DNA of 64,000 nt from the NCBI GenBank assembly GCA_035499455.1, contig DATJYS010000005.1, positions 551,348-615,347 of the forward strand, in the 5' to 3' direction. Below are positions 1 to 9,119 of the stretch, piece after piece. A program made the translations under genes and the position numbers. Numbering within the stretch: position 1 is the first letter of the stretch; every line of letters starts with the position of its first letter. The notes below the pieces were generated by a model. It saw only the letters and a list, made by a program, of their open reading frames with translations. It made no database searches and had not been told where the DNA came from. The DNA is from Thermoplasmata archaeon (GTDB taxonomy: Archaea; Thermoplasmatota; Thermoplasmata; Lutacidiplasmatales; UBA184).

Positions 1-22
1 GATTATTGAAGCCTGCCGGGCG

Positions 23-2233
23 TCAGCCGGCCCGCGATCCGCCGTCGAGGGAGACGGCGACCGACGCGCCGGGGGCAAGGGGAGAGACCCGGCCGCCCAC
101 GCGGACGGTGAGATCCCCCGGGCCGGACCAGCCGACCGTCACCACCGGGGCTGCCCACCGGAGCGAGACCCGTCCCGGTCCGAGCCTCACGCCGTCGAGG
201 GCGGCCGATCTCCAGCCCGCGGGGAAGCACGGTCGCACGTCCAGGCACCGTGCGCGCGCGTCCGGGCGCAGCCCCCACAGTCGTTCGAACAGGAGCGACA
301 CGAACGGCCCGACACTAAGACCGAGGAGGAAGCAGGAGTCGAACGCCTCGGCACGATCGCCCCGGTAGCACTCGTTCGCCTGGCCACTCTCGGCCGCGAA
401 TCGCGCGGCGATCCGACCGAGGAACTCGGCGCCGAGCTCGCCGTCCCCGGCGGCGAACGCCGCGTCCGCCGCCCACGCCGTGGCGACCGGCCAGACCTGC
501 CCGTCGTGGTAGGCGTCGGGTCGGTACGTCGGGTCCTTGGTCGAAAGGGTCCGAACGCCCCACGGAGTGCTGAGGTCCTCTTCCGCGACGCGTCGGGCGA
601 GCGCCCGGGCCCGTTCCGGGGAGACCAGGCCGGCGCTGACCGCCCGGAGCGCGTTGGGCCGGAGCTTCCGGACCGGTACGGCGGCCCGGAGGGAGTCGGC
701 GAGGTACCGCTCCTCGGGCCAGTCGTACGCGGTACGGATCGTCTCGGCGAGCCGGGCGACGACCCCGGGCAGCCGGGCGCGAACGGTCGGGTCGTCGTCG
801 ATCGCGTGGAGTTCGAGGGCGGAGCGCAGCGCCGACCACCAGAGCACCTGCACGTCGATGGCGTGGTCCCGACGGTCGGTGGAGTCCCAGATCGTCGTGT
901 CGGGGGAATCGATCCCGTAGCGGATCCGGGAGATCGCTCCGGTCGCCGCGCTGATCGCCTCGGCCTCGCCGCCGTTGCGGAGCAGTCCGGTCGCCAGGTC
1001 GGTCCGGGCGAGCCCCCACGCGACGACCGCCGCGAGCACCGGGCGCCACGGGAGCGTCGCGCCTGTGTCCCCGGTGTGCCGTACCCACTGCTCCACGATC
1101 CCGGGAAAGTAGAGAGTCGTGTCCGAGGTGCCGTAGAAGAAGATCGGTCCGGGCGAGATCTGCATGGGGAGCTCCCCCGGCTCGCCGCCGAGCAGGGGGA
1201 TCGAGGAGCGGGACTGGAACCGGAAGACCGTCGCGAGGGATTGCGCCGCCCAGTCGAAGTCCCCCAGCCAGAGGACCGCCGGCAGCATCCAGGCGAGATC
1301 GCGGCACCAGATCGCCGAATACCACGGATACCCCGCGACCAGTCCGGTCATCGAGTCTCCCGGCGCACTGTACAGCCGGCGCAGCGAGGCCCGGGCCGCC
1401 TCGTACGCCCGCTCCAGCTCCGGCGCGTCGGGGAACCGCATCGTCGGCGTTCCGGCGAGCCACCGCGCCTCGGCGGCTTCGGCCGACGCGAGCCGCGGTT
1501 CGGGGTCGGCGAGCAGCGCGGCGATGTCGTCCGCCGACCGGGCGAGGTCGCGCTCGAGGCCTCCGGCGATCGCGAGGCGCAGATCGACCGGGAGGCCGGC
1601 CGTCAAACGCAGCTCGTAGTCGGCCCCGACCCGCTCGAGCGGCCCGCTGCGGTGTCCGCCGAGCCACGAGCCCCGGTCCAGGTACAGGTGCGACGGGCCG
1701 ATCGAGGAGCGGACCGCGAGCCCGAATCCCCGCTGACGGACATCCAGGCCCGCGGACGACGTCTCGGCGCGGAACGACACTGGCCGGACCCCCTCGACCA
1801 GCGTCGGGAGGAGGTACGGGCGGAACGAGCTGTGGACGACCAGGGAGACGGGCGGCCCTTCCGAGAGCGCGAAGCGCAATCGCCGGATCGCGCCGGACGG
1901 ACGGTCCGTCGGTGCGATCTCCTGATGGACCGCCAGGCGACCGATCCGGTGCTCGGTCCGCCATCGGTCTCCGACCTGCCGGCCGGAGACGAAACCGTCC
2001 GAGAGGCGGGACTGATGCTCCCCGTCCCAGAGGAAGATCCTCCATCGGCCGGTCAGACGGATCAGCTGGGCGTAGACCCCTCCCCACTCCTCGACCGCTC
2101 CCCGGCACTCCCTCGGCAGGGAGAGGTCGCCCGCGGGGTCGGTCAGGACGGCCGCGGAGAGGGAGCGCAGCAGCAGCGGCGGTGGCACGGGAGCGGACCT
2201 CCCTGGGTCGGGCCCGTTCGGCAAGCTGTTCAC
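23..2233 (-). CDS. glycogen debranching enzyme / amylo-alpha-1,6-glucosidase (GDE_N plus GDE_C six-hairpin glycosidase)
   Basis: ORF 23..2608(-). The C-terminal half carries GDE_C-type motifs (GYPWYSAIWCRDLAW, YHDGQVWP). The first ~125 codons of the long ORF are Arg/Pro/Gly low-complexity, so the start is placed at in-frame GTG 2233, whose GTGA overlaps the stop of the upstream ORF. Exact start is uncertain. Confidence 0.65.
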   Translation of the reverse strand: MNSLPNGPDPGRSAPVPPPLLLRSLSAAVLTDPAGDLSLPRECRGAVEEWGGVYAQLIRLTGRWRIFLWDGEHQSRLSDGFVSGRQVGDRWRTEHRIGRLAVHQEIAPTDRPSGAIRRLRFALSEGPPVSLVVHSSFRPYLLPTLVEGVRPVSFRAETSSAGLDVRQRGFGLAVRSSIGPSHLYLDRGSWLGGHRSGPLERVGADYELRLTAGLPVDLRLAIAGGLERDLARSADDIAALLADPEPRLASAEAAEARWLAGTPTMRFPDAPELERAYEAARASLRRLYSAPGDSMTGLVAGYPWYSAIWCRDLAWMLPAVLWLGDFDWAAQSLATVFRFQSRSSIPLLGGEPGELPMQISPGPIFFYGTSDTTLYFPGIVEQWVRHTGDTGATLPWRPVLAAVVAWGLARTDLATGLLRNGGEAEAISAATGAISRIRYGIDSPDTTIWDSTDRRDHAIDVQVLWWSALRSALELHAIDDDPTVRARLPGVVARLAETIRTAYDWPEERYLADSLRAAVPVRKLRPNALRAVSAGLVSPERARALARRVAEEDLSTPWGVRTLSTKDPTYRPDAYHDGQVWPVATAWAADAAFAAGDGELGAEFLGRIAARFAAESGQANECYRGDRAEAFDSCFLLGLSVGPFVSLLFERLWGLRPDARARCLDVRPCFPAGWRSAALDGVRLGPGRVSLRWAAPVVTVGWSGPGDLTVRVGGRVSPLAPGASVAVSLDGGSRAG

Positions 2234-2703
2234 CCGCGTCGCACGGTGTCCCGGAACTCGATCCACACGAGCGGCGGGATCGCGGGGCACTCGAGCTCGA
2301 GTCGGAGGTCGACCGACGCTCCTACCGGCGCCAGGCCCACGGCGGCCGCGACCTCGATCGGCTCCCCGGTGTGGAGCTCGATCGGGTCTCCGGGGGACAA
2401 CGACGCCGCGGTCCGCCACGAGGCCGAGCCACCGGGGCAGAGCTGGACGGCCGCCGGGTCGACCGGGACCCCGTTCCAGAGAAGCCGCACGGCCGAGAAC
2501 GCTCCCGAGCGGAGCGGCGGGTTTCCCAGGGTGAACCGGATCCCCTGGCCGTCGCCCCGTAGCGACCCGACCCGGTAGACCGACTCCTCGACCGTCTCGG
2601 CGATCCACAGGAGGGCTTCGACCGAGTGCGGGCCGTACTCGATGCCGAGCTGCAGGCCTTGGCGGGCAACGGAGAGCATCCGGCCGATGGACGCACTCCG
2701 CAC
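2230..2703 (-). CDS. hypothetical protein (157 aa), translationally coupled to the debranching enzyme
   Basis: ORF 2230..2703(-) with non-low-complexity sequence. Its TGA stop overlaps the GTG start of the GDE gene (GTGA). No recognisable family from sequence alone. Confidence 0.35.
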   Translation of the reverse strand: MRSASIGRMLSVARQGLQLGIEYGPHSVEALLWIAETVEESVYRVGSLRGDGQGIRFTLGNPPLRSGAFSAVRLLWNGVPVDPAAVQLCPGGSASWRTAASLSPGDPIELHTGEPIEVAAAVGLAPVGASVDLRLELECPAIPPLVWIEFRDTVRRG

Positions 2704-2731
2704 GGCGGGAGGAATCCGGGTACGGTCTTAA

Positions 2732-3823
2732 TCAATCCGTTCCGCGGCCCCCCACGGGCCACGGGCGTCCGTCGAGTTCGATCTCCGCTCCCGTCAGCGT
2801 CACGGTCCGGGAGAACGCCGACCCCCGGCCGCGCCGGGCGTCCGGCGCGTCGCCGACGACGAGGCTCACGGCGCCGGTCGCGAGGTCCCCGACCTCCGGT
2901 GCGCGGCGGATCGCCGGATTCAGGCCGAGGTAGATCGCACCGAGGAGGTCCCGACCGCGGCCCCCCGCTCCGTAGGCGCTCGCGAACGCCTCGCCGCCCC
3001 GGTCGAACGAGAACTCGCGCATCCGCCCCCCCACGAACCTAAACACGCCGCCGAGCTGCACCGGGCAGTCGGAGAATCGGTCGTACAGCGGCCGGTTCGA
3101 CTCCCACCGCCCTACGGCCGTGCCGGGGCGAGGAAGCAGGGCGATCCGGCCGGTCGGGACCTCGGTGGCGAAGGCCGGGGGCCGGCGGGCCGAGGTTCCG
3201 TCCTCGATCCGAAGGTGTCCGGGCACGACCTCCACCGCGAGGTCGGTCCCGTTCGCGTGGCGAACGCGAAGACGTCGCGCGCGGGCCAGCGGGCGGCTCC
3301 GGGAGCGGCCCAGGGCCGCGAGCCGTGTCGGCGCGACCGACCCCGCCCGGAGGAGCTCTTCCGCCCACGACCCGAGGTCGGCCCCGAACCGCTCCGCCGC
3401 CGCGGGCGTCGCGTCGGCGATTGCGAGTCGAGCGAACCGGGTACGGGCGCGGCGCGCCGACTCCCGCCATGCCGCGTCGTGCCGCGCGACCAGCGCGCGA
3501 ACCTCCTCGGGTCCCACCCCGCGGAGGCGGGCGAGCGCCTCGGGTCCGCCGAGGTAGACGTGGACGTCGCCGATGGCGGCGAGCGCCGCCGGGGAGACCG
3601 GCATCGCGGAGCGAGGGAGGTCGGCGACCGTTCGGAAGAACGCCTCCTCGTCCTCGACGACCAGCAGCGCCTCGGCCCCGATCCGGCGGACCTCGGCGAC
3701 CAACGTCCGGGCCCAGGGGAGTGCGTGGCTCCACGACTCGATCGTGGCGGTCTCCCCCGCCCGCAGCCCCAGGTAGGAGGCGAGCACCGTGCGGGCGAAC
3801 GTCGCTTCCGCCCGCGCGCGCAC
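2732..3823 (-). CDS. M29-family (AmpS/PepS-like, thermophilic) aminopeptidase
   Basis: 363-aa ORF. The N-terminal region resembles the M29 start (LxxYLGLRAGETATI), and C-terminal GAIYLGLNPAI resembles the M29 GEIGIGTN region. It lies 7 nt downstream of nikR. Confidence 0.5.
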   Translation of the reverse strand: MRARAEATFARTVLASYLGLRAGETATIESWSHALPWARTLVAEVRRIGAEALLVVEDEEAFFRTVADLPRSAMPVSPAALAAIGDVHVYLGGPEALARLRGVGPEEVRALVARHDAAWRESARRARTRFARLAIADATPAAAERFGADLGSWAEELLRAGSVAPTRLAALGRSRSRPLARARRLRVRHANGTDLAVEVVPGHLRIEDGTSARRPPAFATEVPTGRIALLPRPGTAVGRWESNRPLYDRFSDCPVQLGGVFRFVGGRMREFSFDRGGEAFASAYGAGGRGRDLLGAIYLGLNPAIRRAPEVGDLATGAVSLVVGDAPDARRGRGSAFSRTVTLTGAEIELDGRPWPVGGRGTD

Positions 3824-3830
3824 CGGCCCC

Positions 3831-4289
3831 CTACTCCCTATGCCGGTGTGGGTGGCGGTGGCCCGTTCGGCCGCCGGCGACCGAGGGCGTCGTGACGAAC
3901 CACCCTCCGCCCAGGATCCCCTTCACGCCGCGCAGGTCCTCGGCGGCCGCCGCGACCTCCCGTCGCTTGCCGAGCAGGACGACGACCTCCGCGCAGGCGT
4001 CGCCCTCGAGGTGGATGTGGGTCGTGGAGCGGACGTGCTCTCCCCATCGATGTTCCGCGGCGGTCAGGCGGCTCAGGACGTTCGGAGCCTCGTGACGGTA
4101 CAGGAGCGCGACGACCCCGAGCGCATCGGCCTCGGGATCGGCGAGGGTGCGGCCGGAGAGCTCGGAGCGGATGAGCGCCCGGATCGCGTCCGATCGGCTC
4201 GGGCTGTTGCGCTCCTCGACCCACCGGTCGAGGAGGGCGAGCAGGGCCGGCTCGAGGGAGACCCCGAGGCGAACGACCTTGACCGTCAC
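3831..4289 (-). CDS. nikR: nickel-responsive regulator NikR (ribbon-helix-helix plus ACT-like nickel-binding domain)
   Basis: N-terminal RHH (MTVKVVRLGVSLEPALLALLDRWVEERNSPSRSDAIRALI). C-terminal HIHLEGDAC metal-binding motif matches the E. coli NikR H-x-H...C site. His-rich tail. Confidence 0.8.
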   Translation of the reverse strand: MTVKVVRLGVSLEPALLALLDRWVEERNSPSRSDAIRALIRSELSGRTLADPEADALGVVALLYRHEAPNVLSRLTAAEHRWGEHVRSTTHIHLEGDACAEVVVLLGKRREVAAAAEDLRGVKGILGGGWFVTTPSVAGGRTGHRHPHRHRE

Positions 4290-4301
4290 GGGTGCGGGAG
4301 C

Positions 4302-5438
4302 CTATCCCCCGGAGTCCGACGCCGGCGTCGGGGGCGGTGACGGTCCGAAGCCGATCTCCTCGTAGCGCTTGTACCGATAGATCACCATCGCGACGAGCCA
4401 GCAGCCGATGAAGAGGCCGACGATCCCGAACCCGAGGGTCTCGAAGTCGAGCCCGTCGATCCACGCCCAGACCGGGCCCCTCCAGCCCAGCTCCCCCGAA
4501 AGGACCTGGAGGAGCTCCACTCCGCCGATCGCGAAGGCGACGAGGACCGAGATGATCGTGAGGGTCAGGTTGTAGTAGATCTTCCGGATCGGGCGGAGGA
4601 AGGCCCACCCGTACGCATACCGCATCGAGAATCCGTCGCTGGTGTCCGAGAGCACCATCCCGCAGGTGAACAGCAGCGGAAGGATCAGGACCGCCCACAG
4701 CGGGAACGCGCCGGTGACCGCGAGGCCGGTGGCGAGCGCGATCAGGACCACCTCGGTCGCAGTGTCGAAGCCGAGCCCGAAGAGGACGCCGATCGGGTAG
4801 ATCTGCCACGGCTCGTTGATAACCCGGAAGAGGCGCCCGAAGTACCGGTAGAGAAAGCCGCGCTTCTCCATCTGCTCGTCGAGCCCCTTCTGGTCGAGCT
4901 CCCCGTTCCGCAGTTGGCGGAAGATCCGGTACACCTCGAGCACGATGATCGCGTTGACGAGACCGATCACGAACAGGAATACGCCCGAGATCAGCGTCCC
5001 GAGCACGGCGCCGACGTTCGCGAAGTTGGCGTACTGGGCCCGGATGAAGTCGAACGCCACGACGAGGGCGACGATCATCGCGCAGACGATCGTCGAGTGG
5101 CCGAGGGAGAACCACGTGCCGACCGTCAGCGGCCGCTTCCCGTCGTTCAGCAGCTTGCGGGTGGTGTTGTCGATCGCCGCGATGTGGTCGGCGTCGAACC
5201 CGTGCCGCAGCCCAAGCACGTAGGCCGTAATCGCCAGTCCCGTGAAGATGAGCCCGCCGGGGACGACCTCGCCGGGGATCTGATGCGGCAGGTAGCGGAA
5301 CGCGGCCGCGAACGAGAGGGCGGTTACGCCGAGGATCGCGGCGTAGAGGGCCCCCATCGATAGCTTCTCGCGGGGGGTCAGCCGCAGATCGGCCGATCCG
5401 GGGCCGGCCGGGCCCCCCGCGGAGCCCGCCGAGGTCAT
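4302..5438 (-). CDS. NiCoT-family high-affinity nickel/cobalt permease (HoxN/NixA type)
   Basis: Multi-TM 378-aa ORF with the NiCoT signature GLRHGFDADHIAAIDN in TM2 and a GHSTIV motif. Confidence 0.85.
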   Translation of the reverse strand: MTSAGSAGGPAGPGSADLRLTPREKLSMGALYAAILGVTALSFAAAFRYLPHQIPGEVVPGGLIFTGLAITAYVLGLRHGFDADHIAAIDNTTRKLLNDGKRPLTVGTWFSLGHSTIVCAMIVALVVAFDFIRAQYANFANVGAVLGTLISGVFLFVIGLVNAIIVLEVYRIFRQLRNGELDQKGLDEQMEKRGFLYRYFGRLFRVINEPWQIYPIGVLFGLGFDTATEVVLIALATGLAVTGAFPLWAVLILPLLFTCGMVLSDTSDGFSMRYAYGWAFLRPIRKIYYNLTLTIISVLVAFAIGGVELLQVLSGELGWRGPVWAWIDGLDFETLGFGIVGLFIGCWLVAMVIYRYKRYEEIGFGPSPPPTPASDSGG

Positions 5439-5530
5439 AGGCCCGGGCCACGCCGGGGGCCCATATAGCGTTGTGTCGTTTTTTCAAAACGTAACAACCC
5501 TCGGACTCCGCCGAGGGCCGGTCGGACCGC

Positions 5531-6181
5531 TCACGAGAGGGCTTTCGAGAGCACCGCGGTCGCAGCGGCCATGTCGCTCCGGTCCAGGAGGAAGATCGTG
5601 TCGGTGTAGCAGCTGAGCGCCTCGACAATGTTGATCTGCTGGCTCCAGAGGACGCCGGTGAGGAGCCGGAGCAGCCCGGGCGTCTCCTCGATGCTCTCGG
5701 GGCCAGTTACGGCGACCTCGATCAGGTTCTTCCGGACCCCGACGAGCTGACCTTCCCGAAGGCGGCGGACGACCCGGGGCACGGAGTCCTCGTCGACCAG
5801 GATGACGGTCCCCCGGGAGACCTGGATCACGCGGCAGAGCAGGTTCTCGTCGAGCAGCTCTTCGACGACGTCCCCGAGCCGTTGGAGGACGTCCGCTCCC
5901 TGGCTGACGGTGATCGCCGCGACCTTCGTTCGGGTCTCGATGCGGCTCTTGCGCAGCACGCGCCGGATGCTCGCCTCCCCGAACGACTGCCCCCGGCCCC
6001 GCGGGTAGCGTCGGCACGCGGCGATCACCGCCTCGGGCTGGCGCACCTCGAGGTCCTCCGAGATGCGGCGCGCGACCGCCGAGTGGTTGGCGATCCCGGC
6101 GCGGATCGCGTCGGCGAGGACCGGATGCCCGTCGAGATACTCCCGCACCCGCCGCGCGATCGGTTCCGGCTCCTCCGGCAT
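5531..6181 (-). CDS. ACT-domain putative regulator of amino-acid metabolism (COG2150-like, archaeal)
   Basis: ORF 5531..6211(-); the likely ATG is at 6181 (MPEEPEP). N-terminal HTH-like segment followed by ACT-like repeats. Divergent from the arg/lys operon. Family assignment is from recollection only. Confidence 0.4.
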   Translation of the reverse strand: MPEEPEPIARRVREYLDGHPVLADAIRAGIANHSAVARRISEDLEVRQPEAVIAACRRYPRGRGQSFGEASIRRVLRKSRIETRTKVAAITVSQGADVLQRLGDVVEELLDENLLCRVIQVSRGTVILVDEDSVPRVVRRLREGQLVGVRKNLIEVAVTGPESIEETPGLLRLLTGVLWSQQINIVEALSCYTDTIFLLDRSDMAAATAVLSKALS

Positions 6182-6190
6182 CGATGTCCT

Positions 6191-6204
6191 GTTTTGGACA
6201 AAAC
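6191..6204. promoter_or_regulatory. inverted repeat GTTTTG-GA-CAAAAC in the divergent promoter region between the ACT regulator and argG
   Basis: Perfect 6-2-6 palindrome read directly from the sequence, 10 nt upstream of the regulator ATG (minus strand) and about 80 nt upstream of the argG start. Confidence 0.5.
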
Positions 6205-6235
6205 TGCCCAATCATGTCGAAGGACGGTCACATCC

Positions 6236-6242
6236 TATAAAT
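6236..6242 (+). promoter_or_regulatory. TATA box (TATAAAT) for the argG operon
   Basis: AT-rich heptamer in otherwise 70% GC DNA, about 45 nt upstream of the argG TTG start. Confidence 0.45.
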
Positions 6243-6283
6243 CAATACGGGGCCGTGCCCTGTTCGTCCCCGAACCCCCGATC

Positions 6284-7516
6284 TTGCGCGAGAAGGTAGT
6301 GCTGGCGTACTCGGGGGGTCTCGATACCTCCGTCGCGATCCCGTGGCTGCGGGAGAAGAAGAACCTCGATGTCGTCGCGGTGACGGTCGACGTCGGCCAG
6401 CCGGTCGACCTTGAGAAGGTCCGCCGCAAGGCCGAGGCGTCCGGAGCCGCCGGGGCGTACGTCGCCGACGCCCGCCGAGAGTTCGCGGAGGAGTTCCTCC
6501 TGCCGGCGCTCAAGGCGAACGCCCTGTACGAGGGGGTCTACCCGCTCAGCACTTCGCTCGCCCGCCCGCTGATCGCGCGCCACATGGTCGCGGTCGCCCG
6601 CCGGGAGGGAGCCACCGCGGTCGCGCACGGCTGCACGGGCAAGGGGAACGACCAGGTGCGCTTCGACCTCTCCACGACGAGCCTCGCGCCCGAGCTGCGG
6701 GTGATCGCCCCGGCCCGGGAGTGGAGGATGACGCGGGAGGAGGAGGTCGCCTACGCCCGCGCGCACGGCATCGCCGTCGAAGCGACCAAGGCGTCGCCCT
6801 ACAGCACCGACGAGAACCTCTGGGGCCGCTCCGTCGAATGCGGGATCCTCGAGGACCCCGCCGTCGAGCCGCCCGAGGAGGTCTACGGCTGGACGACCTC
6901 CCCGCTCCGCGCTCCCGAAACCCCGACGTACGTCACCGTGAGCTTCGACCGCGGGGTGCCCGTCTCGCTGAACGGCACGGCCCTCCCGTTCCACGAGCTC
7001 ATCGTCCGTCTGAACGGCATCGCCGGGGCGAACGGCGTCGGTCGGATCGACCACCTCGAGTCGCGCGTTGTCGGCATCAAGTCGCGGGAGGTCTACGAGT
7101 GCCCGGCCGCGCTCGTCCTGATCCGGGCCCACCAGGCGATCGAGGCGATGGTCCTGCCCCGCGACCTCCTCGAGGTGAAGCACGGCATCGAGCTGCGCTA
7201 CGCCCAGCTCGTCTACGACGGGCTCTGGTTCGGGCCGCTCCGCGCGGCGTTCGACGCGTTCGTCGAGTCGACCCAGGAGCGGGTGACCGGCGAGGTCTCG
7301 ATGAAGCTGTACAAGGGGTCGGCCCAGGTCTCGGGACGCCGGTCCCCGTACTCGCTCTACCAGCATACGCTCGCCACGTACTCGGCGGGCGACCAGTTCA
7401 AGCAGGAGATGGCGGAGGGATTCATCTACGTCTGGGGGCTCCCGGTCCGCACCTGGGCCGCGACGAAACCCCCAGCCGATCCCGCCGTCGTGCGGGCGGC
7501 CCGCCCTCCCCGGTGA
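6284..7516 (+). CDS. argG: argininosuccinate synthase
   Basis: REKVVLAYSGGLDTSV N-terminus (PP-loop) and full-length ArgG similarity. No ATG, so start is taken at in-frame TTG 6284 (alternative GTG 6299). Confidence 0.9.
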   Translation: MREKVVLAYSGGLDTSVAIPWLREKKNLDVVAVTVDVGQPVDLEKVRRKAEASGAAGAYVADARREFAEEFLLPALKANALYEGVYPLSTSLARPLIARHMVAVARREGATAVAHGCTGKGNDQVRFDLSTTSLAPELRVIAPAREWRMTREEEVAYARAHGIAVEATKASPYSTDENLWGRSVECGILEDPAVEPPEEVYGWTTSPLRAPETPTYVTVSFDRGVPVSLNGTALPFHELIVRLNGIAGANGVGRIDHLESRVVGIKSREVYECPAALVLIRAHQAIEAMVLPRDLLEVKHGIELRYAQLVYDGLWFGPLRAAFDAFVESTQERVTGEVSMKLYKGSAQVSGRRSPYSLYQHTLATYSAGDQFKQEMAEGFIYVWGLPVRTWAATKPPADPAVVRAARPPR

Positions 7517-7518
7517 CC

Positions 7519-8961
7519 ATGACCCCTCCCCCTTCAACGTCGAGCGGACACGCCACGCCGTCGTACGTCCGCACCTCCCAGGGGCCGTTCCTGAGCTCCC
7601 TCGCCGTCGACCGCGCCCTGCTGCCGTACGACCTCGCGGGCAGCGTCGCGCACGCCGAGATGCTCGGGCGGACCGGGATGCTCACGGCGGAGGAGGCCCG
7701 GGTCCTCGTCGGCGGCCTGCGGTCGATCGGCCGCGAGGTCGACGCGGGCTCGTTCCCGTGGAGGTCCGAGCTCGAGGACGTCCACACGAACGTGGAGATG
7801 CGCCTTACCGAGCTCGTCGGCACCGTCGGCGGGAAGCTGCACACGGCCCGCAGCCGCAACGACCAGGTCGCGCTCGACGAGCGGTTGTATCTCCGAAGCG
7901 CGGTCCGCACCCTCGGTGACCTCCTCGTCCAGCTGCTCGAGGTCCTGCTCGCCCGCGCGCTCGACGAGGCGGCGACCCCGGCCCCGGGGTACACGCACCT
8001 GCAGCGGGCCCAGCCGGTCACGGTCGGGCACACCTTACTCGCTCACTTCTGGAAGTTCGACCGGGACCTCGACCGTCTCCTCGCCACCGCGGTCCGGGCG
8101 AACGTCTCGCCGCTCGGCGCGGGGGCGCTCGCCGGCTCGACGCTCCCGATCGACCCAGAGTACGTCGCGCGCCGTCTCGGCTTCGACCGCGCCTTCGAGA
8201 ACTCGCTCGACGCCGTCAGCGACCGCGACCCGTTCGCGGAGTTGCTGTTCGACCTCGCCCTCCTCGCCGTGCACGCGAGCGGGATGGGGGAGGAGATCGT
8301 CCTCCACGCGACGAAGGAGTTCGGGTTCCTCGCACGGACGCCGGCGCTCGGCTCCGGCAGCAGCCAGATGCCCCAGAAGCGGAATCCGGACGTGGCGGAG
8401 CTGATCCGCGGCCGGACCGGCCGGGCGGTTGGAGACCTCGTCGCGCTCCTCACGGCCCTCAAGGGCCTTCCGCTCTCCTACGACCGCGACCTCCAGGAGG
8501 ACAAGGCGATCGTCTTCGACGCTGTCGTGACGGTCGGAGGGTCGCTCTCGGCGCTCACGACGGTCGTCCGCGAGATGGCGTTCGACCGCGCGCGCCTGCG
8601 CGCCGCCGCCGCCGACCCCGAGCTCCTCGCAACCGACGTCGCCGAGTGGCTGGTCGCCCGCGGCGTCCCGTTCCGCGAGGCCCACGAAGAGGTCGCGCGC
8701 CAGGCCTCGGCCGGCTCCGGCACGTTCGATCCGGCCGCCCTGCGCGCCCGCTTCCCGTCGATCGGCGGCGACGTCGCGACCGCCCTCGACCCGACGACCG
8801 CGGTCGACCGGCGCTCCTCCCCCGGCGGACCCGGGGCGGCCGCGTTCGGTCGTCAGGTCGCTCTCGCCCGCGAGCGGATCCGCTCCCGGGCCGAATCCCT
8901 CTCCTCGCTCGGCCGCCTGGTCGAGCAGATCGAGGAGCTCGTCAAGGAGGAACATCGATGA
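7519..8961 (+). CDS. argH: argininosuccinate lyase
   Basis: Fumarase/aspartase-family ORF with ArgH-like sequence (GKLHTARSRNDQV, GSSQMPQKRNPD). ATG 7519, or GTG 7513 overlapping the argG stop as GTGA. Its stop overlaps the lysW ATG as ATGA. Confidence 0.9.
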   Translation: MTPPPSTSSGHATPSYVRTSQGPFLSSLAVDRALLPYDLAGSVAHAEMLGRTGMLTAEEARVLVGGLRSIGREVDAGSFPWRSELEDVHTNVEMRLTELVGTVGGKLHTARSRNDQVALDERLYLRSAVRTLGDLLVQLLEVLLARALDEAATPAPGYTHLQRAQPVTVGHTLLAHFWKFDRDLDRLLATAVRANVSPLGAGALAGSTLPIDPEYVARRLGFDRAFENSLDAVSDRDPFAELLFDLALLAVHASGMGEEIVLHATKEFGFLARTPALGSGSSQMPQKRNPDVAELIRGRTGRAVGDLVALLTALKGLPLSYDRDLQEDKAIVFDAVVTVGGSLSALTTVVREMAFDRARLRAAAADPELLATDVAEWLVARGVPFREAHEEVARQASAGSGTFDPAALRARFPSIGGDVATALDPTTAVDRRSSPGGPGAAAFGRQVALARERIRSRAESLSSLGRLVEQIEELVKEEHR

Positions 8962-9119
8962 CCGAATGCCCCGAATGCGCTGCGAGCGTCGAGAGCCACG
9001 ACAAGATCCTGGGGGAGGTCTTCCCCTGCCCGGACTGCGGGACGGAGCTCGAAGTACAAGCGACCGACCCGTTCGCGGTCCAGCCGGCCCCGAAGGAAGC
9101 CGAGGACTGGGGTGAGTAA
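8958..9119 (+). CDS. lysW: LysW/ArgW amino-group carrier protein (53 aa)
   Basis: MTECPECAASVESHDKILGEVFPCPDCGTELEV carries a CxxC...CxxC zinc ribbon and the conserved C-terminal EDWGE tail used for gamma-glutamyl attachment. SD AGGAGG sits 7 nt upstream. Confidence 0.85.
   Translation: MTECPECAASVESHDKILGEVFPCPDCGTELEVQATDPFAVQPAPKEAEDWGE

Noticed and set aside
315-2578. Long ORFs 315..2108(-), 506..2578(+), 1164..1619(+), 1912..2562(+) overlapping the debranching enzyme gene
   Set aside because: Arg/Pro/Gly-rich low-complexity translations typical of alternative frames and the antisense strand in 70% GC DNA. The GDE frame has clear family motifs.
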